Positions 25,571 to 32,000 of a DNA stretch of 32,000 nucleotides are shown here, piece after piece; the stretch's first letter is position 1, and every line of letters begins with the position of its first letter. The translations under genes and the position numbers were made by a program. Source of the stretch: Microcystis aeruginosa NIES-843 (GTDB lineage: Bacteria > Cyanobacteriota > Cyanobacteriia > Cyanobacteriales > Microcystaceae); the NCBI RefSeq assembly GCF_000010625.1, contig NC_010296.1:240001-272000 (forward strand), in the 5' to 3' direction. A model generated the notes under the pieces. The model made no database searches. It was not told the DNA's origin and worked only from the letters and a program-made list of their open reading frames with translations.

Positions 25571-26787
25571 TTTTTGGGTTCCTCTTGATGATTGCTGTCG
25601 TCAGGTTTTTTCTCCGTATTAGGAGGGTTTTCCGGAGAGTGATTTTCGTGGTTATGGTGTTGGTGATCTCCTCCCTCATCTCCCTGAGAATTATCAGGTT
25701 TTTTCTCAGAATTATGAGGATTGTCGTGATTATGACCTTCGTGAGAAATATCTGCTGGCATTAATCCCATCCCCGGAATTCCTGACTGAAAACGATGATC
25801 GTGTAGTCCTTCACCACCATAATTTTTTCCTGCTGCCATTTCTTGATGATTAGCAGCCATTACTAACCAAATAGCGCGGGTGATTTGTTCGTCTTTTTGT
25901 TGGGGAGTTAGCCAATCTGATGCCAGAATATCATTAACCATATCGTGCAACATATGCAGGTTATCGAAGGTGTTAGATATCTGAGGAAAACGTCGGGCAA
26001 ACTTGGGACTAAGTTCGGCAAACATCGGCATAAAAGCTCGATCGGTGCGATACAATTCCTGACTATGGTATTGTTTTCCTACCTGTTTATAAGCTTGTTT
26101 TTGTTCTTCTAGCGTCTTCTCATAGAGCAAGTCATACATTGTTCCTTGTAACCAATGGTAGCCCCAAAATAAGCCATTAACTTTCGGATATTTCTGGCGA
26201 AAGGCTTTAGAATAAGGCTGGGAATCCAGATAACCCATATTCATGGGTAATCCCGTAATCGCATAGGGAACTTTTGTCAAGTAAAATTGATATAATTTCT
26301 CAATTTCCGCCTCTTTTTCCTTGTTGGTTAATTTGCTGCTGGCTAAAACATCAACGGTTTGAGCATGGAAAATATGCGCCCAATCGAAAACCTGTTCTAA
26401 AACACCGTATTTTCTGCCAAAAGTTGGGGAAATATTACCCTCGTCGGGCATAAATTTAGGCGGATTTTTTAAAACCCAATTAATTGTTTGGTATGTCTTA
26501 GTTTCTAAATCTTTCGCTTTTCCCGTTACGATATCTTCGTAAGCAAAGGCATGACCAACAGCGATCGCATTCAAGTCTAAAGCTAAATCTCTGACATTAT
26601 AAATTGCATTGTTATAAACCCCTCTTTGGGGATAAATATGATTACGTTGCTTGTTATACATCCAAGCTGGTATATTGTCAGGAATTGCTTGTAAAGTCTG
26701 AGTTTGAGGTGAATCAAGATGTAAATGTTGAGCAATTACAGGAGTAGAAATAAGTGCTACAGTTACCAATACAATCAACTTTTTCAT
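25567..26787 (-). CDS. secreted protein of unknown family with a His-rich C-terminal tail
   Basis: Signal peptide MKKLIVLVTVALISTPVIAQ. Helical-looking core with scattered His motifs (WAHIFHAQ, LHMLHDM, LHDHRF). Tail: HEGHNHDNPHNSEKKPDNSQGDEGGDHQHHNHENH. Confidence 0.7.
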   Translation of the reverse strand: MKKLIVLVTVALISTPVIAQHLHLDSPQTQTLQAIPDNIPAWMYNKQRNHIYPQRGVYNNAIYNVRDLALDLNAIAVGHAFAYEDIVTGKAKDLETKTYQTINWVLKNPPKFMPDEGNISPTFGRKYGVLEQVFDWAHIFHAQTVDVLASSKLTNKEKEAEIEKLYQFYLTKVPYAITGLPMNMGYLDSQPYSKAFRQKYPKVNGLFWGYHWLQGTMYDLLYEKTLEEQKQAYKQVGKQYHSQELYRTDRAFMPMFAELSPKFARRFPQISNTFDNLHMLHDMVNDILASDWLTPQQKDEQITRAIWLVMAANHQEMAAGKNYGGEGLHDHRFQSGIPGMGLMPADISHEGHNHDNPHNSEKKPDNSQGDEGGDHQHHNHENHSPENPPNTEKKPDDSNHQEEPKK

Positions 26788-26792
26788 GATAG

Positions 26793-27185
26793 TTAAACCT
26801 TGAGATTAGGGCAAATAAATTGATCGTCTTTTACAGGTGTATCCGTCCATTCTTGCAGGGTTTCGGTTAATTGTTGACGCAATAAAAGCAATTGTTCCAC
26901 TTGTTGATCGATCTCAGCAATATGTTTAATTAATTTTTCCTGAATATCTCCACAGGGTAACTCACCATGGTCATGAATTACTAAACATTCGCGGATCTCT
27001 TGCAGACTTAAACCCAAAGATTGCAATCTTTTGACAAACAGCAAGCGATGGACAGTATCGGGAGTAAATAGGCGAAATTGTCCCTCTGTCCTCTCAGGGG
27101 ACTGAATTAGTCCTAATTCCTCGTAATAACGAATCGTTTTAATTGAAACACCACTTTCTAGGGAAAGTTGACCGATTCTGAGCAT
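26793..27185 (-). CDS. MerR-family (metal-sensor-like) transcriptional regulator
   Basis: N-terminal HTH IGQLSLESGVSIKTIRYYEELGLI, coiled-coil dimerisation helix, candidate ligand residues HDHGELPC (Cys78) and C-terminal FICPN (Cys124). AAGGAG Shine-Dalgarno 8 nt upstream. Confidence 0.9.
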   Translation of the reverse strand: MLRIGQLSLESGVSIKTIRYYEELGLIQSPERTEGQFRLFTPDTVHRLLFVKRLQSLGLSLQEIRECLVIHDHGELPCGDIQEKLIKHIAEIDQQVEQLLLLRQQLTETLQEWTDTPVKDDQFICPNLKV

Positions 27186-27216
27186 TATTTTTGCTCCTTA
27201 ATCCTATCGTTACCCT

Positions 27217-27248
27217 ATTATAAAATCTCCCCCTGACTGGAGAATCAA
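27217..27248 (-). promoter_or_regulatory. MerR-type promoter: TTGATT -35, 20-bp spacer containing the dyad TCTCC-N8-GGAGA, TATAAT -10
   Basis: Minus strand reads cTTGATTctccagtcagggggagatttTATAATagg. -35 at 27243-27248, -10 at 27217-27222, dyad at 27226-27243. Lies about 30 nt upstream of the merR start. Confidence 0.55.
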
Positions 27249-27272
27249 GGGGGGGGGGAAAGAAATATTTTT

Positions 27273-27827
27273 TTAACTGACTTTACACTCAACTCCAAAA
27301 CCGACCAAGAGAACTTTTTCCAAGGGTTCCCCCTCCTTGGGACGTTGATAGTTAATAATTTTGCGAATTCGCAGGTCTGGATTGATTAAAGTAATTGAAT
27401 CCACGGAAACACTGCGAGTATAATTGGTGGTCATTAATAACTCTCTGGTAGTGGAATCAAAGCGAAAAGCAGAGATAATTGGTCTTGCTTCTTCGTAGGC
27501 GCGATCACGAAGATAATCCCCTTCTAAATAACCGTTATTTTCTGCTTTAACCACAAATAAAAGATTAAGATTTTGTCGCACTTCTTCCCCTTTTTCCGAG
27601 ATGGTATAGAAACCTAAATTAAACCCGGGGATACTTTCTAAATCCGCAATATCAGGATAGTTATTATCTGTCAGAACTTTCTGTTTAATCTCCCTAGTCA
27701 GGGGTTGAATGAGGAATTCAGTACGGGAACGTTCCACTTCTTGATCGGCTAGATAATGATAGGTTCTTTCCGTTTGCCAACTACCGACACAATAGACAAA
27801 AAATTGCTGAAAAACTTCGGTATTCAT
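27273..27827 (-). CDS. CpcS/CpeS-family phycobiliprotein lyase-like protein
   Basis: FFVYCVGSWQTERTYHYL N-terminal signature (compare F..S.G.W.S.R..HHL), YLRDRAYEE and NPDLRIR segments typical of the family. Confidence 0.8.
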   Translation of the reverse strand: MNTEVFQQFFVYCVGSWQTERTYHYLADQEVERSRTEFLIQPLTREIKQKVLTDNNYPDIADLESIPGFNLGFYTISEKGEEVRQNLNLLFVVKAENNGYLEGDYLRDRAYEEARPIISAFRFDSTTRELLMTTNYTRSVSVDSITLINPDLRIRKIINYQRPKEGEPLEKVLLVGFGVECKVS

Positions 27828-27854
27828 AGAGTTAATTCTCCTCTTGTCAGTATT

Positions 27855-28838
27855 TTAATTTTGAGTTATTTTATCAGTAACTTGTTCCCGATTTTCAAAA
27901 CCATAACAATCTCGAACAAGATAAAGTGGCCGTCCCTTTACTTCTTCATAAACCCTGCCAATATATTCGCCAATAATACCAAGAGTCAGTAATTGAATTC
28001 CTCCTAAAAATAAGATAGCAACCATCAGAGAAGCGTATCCAGGTACATCGATTCCTAAAATAATAGTCCTGAGCATTAAAAAACTAGCATAAACAAGACT
28101 AACAAGTGAAATGATAAATCCTACATAGGTCCAGACTTTTAGAGGTAAAAAACTAAAAGAGGTAATACCATCGATGGCAAAATTCCATAATTTCCAGTAA
28201 TTCCATTTAGTTTGTCCTTGATACCGTGGTTCTCGATCGAATAAAATTGATGTCTGTTTATATCCCACCCAAGCAAATATTCCTTTCATAAATCTTTGAC
28301 GTTCGGGCATCTTTTTAATTGATTCTACCACTCGGCGATCAATCAAGCGAAAATCTCCCGTATTAGGGGGAATAGGAACCCGACTTAATTTATTAATGAC
28401 TTGATAGAAACCTTCTGCTGTAAAACGTTTCAACCAACTTTCGCCAATTCTAACCCGACGGGACGCATAAACCACATCATAACCCTGCTGCCATTTTTCG
28501 ATCATTTCGGCAATTAATTCGGGGGGATCTTGTAAATCAGCATCAATAGGAATTACTGCCATCCCTTGACTGTAATCAATTCCTGCTGACATGGCAATAT
28601 CTTTACCAAAATTACGGGATAAATTAACCACTTTAATTTGTGGGTAACGTTGATGATATTCCACGAGATTTTTGAGAGTATTGTCACGACTACCATCATT
28701 GACGCAAACGACCTCATAACTGGTATTTATTGTCTCTAAAACCGCTAAAAGTCGCCCAAAGAGAGCATCGATATTTTCTTCTTCGTTATACAGAGGAACA
28801 ACAACAGATATTTTCACTGGTATTTGATTTGATAGCAT
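27855..28838 (-). CDS. GT2 polyprenyl-phosphate glycosyltransferase (ArnC/GtrB-like)
   Basis: VVVPLYNEEENI, VNDGSRDNT, DADLQDPPE and two C-terminal TM helices, as in the ArnC/GtrB/DPM1-like architecture. Confidence 0.9.
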   Translation of the reverse strand: MLSNQIPVKISVVVPLYNEEENIDALFGRLLAVLETINTSYEVVCVNDGSRDNTLKNLVEYHQRYPQIKVVNLSRNFGKDIAMSAGIDYSQGMAVIPIDADLQDPPELIAEMIEKWQQGYDVVYASRRVRIGESWLKRFTAEGFYQVINKLSRVPIPPNTGDFRLIDRRVVESIKKMPERQRFMKGIFAWVGYKQTSILFDREPRYQGQTKWNYWKLWNFAIDGITSFSFLPLKVWTYVGFIISLVSLVYASFLMLRTIILGIDVPGYASLMVAILFLGGIQLLTLGIIGEYIGRVYEEVKGRPLYLVRDCYGFENREQVTDKITQN

Positions 28839-28867
28839 ATTAATTTACAAAAAACTAGAGAAATTGT

Positions 28868-30085
28868 CTAACAAATATCAGCAGTCAAAACTTGTTCGTA
28901 CTTAGTGGCTGCTTGCTGCCAAGTATAATTATCTTCGATTAACTTGCGAGCATTTCTAGATAATTTTTCTCGTAACTCTGCCGATTCAAAAAGACTACTA
29001 ATCGCCGTACAATATTCCTCAATACTATTAGCCCTTAAGGCTGCTAAAGGAACATGATTTCCTTCCACTGTTAACCCTTCTAAACCTCGATCGCTGGCTA
29101 CCACCGGCACTCCCGCAGCCATCGATTCTAGGGTTTTATTTTTAATCCCAAAACCCGAACGCATTGCCACAACACAAATAGTAGCATGATGAAGATACTC
29201 GGCCATAGATGGAACTCGACCTGTGACAGTGATTTTAGAATTTTTTGTTAATTCTATGACCGATGGAGCAGGATTGGAACCAACAAGTATCAGAGTAACC
29301 TCAGGATATTTTTGTTGTAAAATAGGGAAAACTTCTAAACTGAAAAAGCGTACTGCATCTATATTAGAACTGTAATCTAGGCCTGCCGTCATAATAATTT
29401 GATAACCACTGGGATCGGTTTCTCGATAGGGGAATAGTTCCAAGTCAACGCCGTTGGGAATTACAATAACAGGGCGATTAATGTTCAACTCTTTCATCTG
29501 CTCCTTGTCTTCTGAAGTAGTGACAACTATAGGGTTAAATTTCTGACAAAATCTCCGTTCATAGCGTTCGAGAAGTGGCAAATACAATGTATCTCGAATA
29601 GGATTAGGGCTGACTCCTATCTCTAATTGATTTTTGCAGGTTTTATAGGCTAAACTATGTATATTTATTATAGTTTTAAGCTTTTTTTGCCAATGGGGGC
29701 GGACAAAGATCTCATTGACGCTATGCTCACAAGTAATAACATCAAATTTTTGACTATCAATGGCACGATCAAGCCACAATTGAATATCAGCACTATATAC
29801 TTGTCGAACGTTGGGAGGAGTACCTTGCATTATAAAATCATAAAAACGATTTATTTTGCCTAAAATACTAGGGTTGGCAGAATTAGAATAGGGAAATATC
29901 TTTACCTCCTTAACCAATCTTTCCAAGGCTTCAATATCAGTCCTACTAACATCCGAATTTGGTCGAGTCATGATCGTGATTTCATGATTCTTACTCAGGT
30001 GTTTTAAAAGATTGAAGGTTCTAACTTGAGTTCCCCCTCTGGTTGGGGGATAGGGAAAAGTAGAGGATAGAATTAAAATTTTCAT
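28868..30085 (-). CDS. GT4 (group 1) glycosyltransferase
   Basis: MKILILSSTFPYPPTRGG N-terminus. C-terminal E-x7-E region (GFGIKNKTLESMAAGVPVVAS). Confidence 0.9.
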   Translation of the reverse strand: MKILILSSTFPYPPTRGGTQVRTFNLLKHLSKNHEITIMTRPNSDVSRTDIEALERLVKEVKIFPYSNSANPSILGKINRFYDFIMQGTPPNVRQVYSADIQLWLDRAIDSQKFDVITCEHSVNEIFVRPHWQKKLKTIINIHSLAYKTCKNQLEIGVSPNPIRDTLYLPLLERYERRFCQKFNPIVVTTSEDKEQMKELNINRPVIVIPNGVDLELFPYRETDPSGYQIIMTAGLDYSSNIDAVRFFSLEVFPILQQKYPEVTLILVGSNPAPSVIELTKNSKITVTGRVPSMAEYLHHATICVVAMRSGFGIKNKTLESMAAGVPVVASDRGLEGLTVEGNHVPLAALRANSIEEYCTAISSLFESAELREKLSRNARKLIEDNYTWQQAATKYEQVLTADIC

Positions 30086-30098
30086 GGCTTGAGCAAAG

Positions 30099-31727
30099 TT
30101 AGCGTTTGATGACTTTCCATGCGTTGGGTTTACTAGGATAGTTTTCTTGGGATTTAAAAAGTGGTTCTAAGACAAAATTTTCTGTTGATTGTAACTTTTC
30201 CACAAGAGTTGATGATGGACGAAAAATGATAATATCAGTATATCCTCGGTAAATATCATTAGGTTGATTGGGATTAGTTTCGAGATGAAATTCTGCTCTT
30301 TTAGTCAGATGAGAATAGACATTATGGTTAACTAAATAACTCATGGTTAAGGCATCAGCAAAATCATCATATAGAACTACAGGTTTCTCTAATTTGTTCA
30401 ATTTTTGAGCTATTGCTGGGTAATCAGGTGCTCCAAATGCCCACCAAGAAGGAGAACTAGCTATGATCCAAGATGATAGCAATCCCAATAGTAAAAGGCT
30501 AGAAATGATGATTTTACTCAGTTGTCTTTGCCAGCTTAAACGAGAATAAAAAAGATAAGCTATCAAAGCAGTTGCTGCTAATTGCCAACCGATAGCGTAG
30601 GGCAACATATAACGTAATCGAACAGAAAACCCTGTTCCCGAGATAGCGTCTTTTATCATCAAAATCCCTCCCCCACCAATTAGCAAAGCGAGAATCATCC
30701 AGTTTTTATTTTTGCCAGCATTAAAAATTAAAAATACTACAGATGTCAAAAGAAAAACTAGAAGAAAAATCCAAGAAGTTCTTTGTAATAAGAGAAAAGA
30801 GTCAGTATCCTTAATCCAGCCATCATTTAGATCGATAAAAATACGAAGCACCCCTCTCATCCAATCTTTAATTAACCCAGTGATTGGGATATTTTGTTCA
30901 GCCGGTTGTTCCACAGAATATCCGAATAACCCTGGCTTGGTTAGAAACAGATAGAACCAGGGCATAAAAAGTGAAATTCCTAACAGCGATGATAGAATAT
31001 AGTTCTTAACATTCTTAGTAATTCTGCCTCTGGAATCAATAATTATATAAAGAGCATGACTAATTATTACAAAAGCGAAAAGAATATTAGAATATAACCC
31101 GAAAGCAACGGTAAATGTATAGAGCAACCAATTAATTTTTTTGGGAACTCGTAAGCTGTGAAGTAAAGTTGCACTAGATAATAGAGTAAAGGCTGTAATT
31201 AGACTATAAGTTCTGACGATCTGGGAATATTGGAGTTGTAATGGAGAAATTGCGAAAATTGCCGTCCCTAACCAAGCGATAGATGCTGATTGAAATAATT
31301 CCCAACATAGCCAATACATAAAAGGGAGAGAAAACAAACTAATAAAAGCTGAACAACTTCGAGTGATTATCGCAGGCTCGGTAAGGAATAAGCTCCAGAA
31401 TCTTGACCAAATTTGCACCATGAAAGCATATAAAGGCGGAAAGACGTAAGGTCGCTCAAGCAGGCGCTTAAAACTATCGAAAATACCTTCATCTGTGTTA
31501 TATCTTTGATAGTTTTGTAATTCCGAGGCAGAGACAATTTTAACATCGATAATGTTCGCTATATTTTGCCCGTAGATATAGGTTGTACTAAAAGCTTCAT
31601 CATTAGAATATAATTTGCCATCTAAATTATAAAATCTCAGGAAAATCCCCAAAATTAAACTGATTAATACTAAAGCTTTTAACCAATTGGGAATTTTCAA
31701 GAATCCAGCTTTAAGTTCCATTAACAT
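30099..31727 (-). CDS. GT39/ArnT-PMT-like polytopic membrane glycosyltransferase
   Basis: About 12 TM segments. First-loop acidic motif YSNDEAF after TM1 (LRFYNL). Soluble C-terminal domain. Confidence 0.8.
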   Translation of the reverse strand: MLMELKAGFLKIPNWLKALVLISLILGIFLRFYNLDGKLYSNDEAFSTTYIYGQNIANIIDVKIVSASELQNYQRYNTDEGIFDSFKRLLERPYVFPPLYAFMVQIWSRFWSLFLTEPAIITRSCSAFISLFSLPFMYWLCWELFQSASIAWLGTAIFAISPLQLQYSQIVRTYSLITAFTLLSSATLLHSLRVPKKINWLLYTFTVAFGLYSNILFAFVIISHALYIIIDSRGRITKNVKNYILSSLLGISLFMPWFYLFLTKPGLFGYSVEQPAEQNIPITGLIKDWMRGVLRIFIDLNDGWIKDTDSFLLLQRTSWIFLLVFLLTSVVFLIFNAGKNKNWMILALLIGGGGILMIKDAISGTGFSVRLRYMLPYAIGWQLAATALIAYLFYSRLSWQRQLSKIIISSLLLLGLLSSWIIASSPSWWAFGAPDYPAIAQKLNKLEKPVVLYDDFADALTMSYLVNHNVYSHLTKRAEFHLETNPNQPNDIYRGYTDIIIFRPSSTLVEKLQSTENFVLEPLFKSQENYPSKPNAWKVIKR

Positions 31728-31759
31728 ATTTTAGCTCCTTTTTTCTATGTTTTATTTAT

Positions 31760-32000
31760 TTACTGATTTTTTTCTACCATCATGCGGACAATATCAGTCA
31801 TTTTGTATTGTGCTTGCCAACCTAATTTTTCCTTAGCTTTGTTGGGATTGCCGCGACTAATGGCTAAATCTGTTGGTCTTAATAAACTTTGATCGGAAAC
31901 TACATGATCTTGCCAATTTAAGCCAACAGTAGCAAAAGCTGTGGCGACAAAATCCTCCAGTTTTGAACTTTCTCCCGTGGCAATGACGTAATCATCGGGT
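31760..32000 (-). CDS. gmd: GDP-mannose 4,6-dehydratase, C-terminal part (5' end beyond the window)
   Basis: Own translation of the minus strand: DDYVIATGESSKLEDFVATAFATVGLNWQDHVVSDQSLLRPTDLAISRGNPNKAKEKLGWQAQYKMTDIVRMMVEKNQ*. Confidence 0.8.
   Translation of the reverse strand, partial: PDDYVIATGESSKLEDFVATAFATVGLNWQDHVVSDQSLLRPTDLAISRGNPNKAKEKLGWQAQYKMTDIVRMMVEKNQ

Overview
This is a cyanobacterial chromosomal window. HIP1 GCGATCGC sites occur throughout, along with heptamer and octamer tandem repeats and a heavy MITE/IS load. Together these are most consistent with a Microcystis-like genome, which is an inference from sequence style only. Ordinary genes include dprA, trxA, ackA, an ECF sigma/anti-sigma pair, fibrillin, an RseP-like protease, nth, a rhomboid protease, an FMN reductase, folB, a HoxW-like protease, an LCP protein, ampG, a GAF-PP2C phosphatase and a nitroreductase. 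They are interleaved with a lot of mobile-DNA damage. One MITE family (3 copies) splits a MazF/PemK-like toxin gene and a Uma2 endonuclease gene. An 86-bp mini-MITE appears to split an allophycocyanin-like gene. A 188-bp MITE is nested inside a standalone tnpB. A decayed IS630 element sits inside an older transposase remnant. The candidates most worth follow-up are: (1) a co-directional operon at 24.8-27.3 kb with a MerR regulator, an unrecognisable secreted protein with a His-rich tail and an outer-membrane beta-barrel, driven by a MerR-type 20-bp-spacer promoter; (2) a DGR-like adenine-mutagenesis signature in the C-terminal codons of the partial FGE-sulfatase-domain gene at the window start, with no template repeat or reverse transcriptase visible here; (3) an AT-rich glycosylation island (gmd, GT39, GT4, GT2) with a CpcS/CpeS-family gene attached. 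No rRNA, tRNA or CRISPR array was seen.
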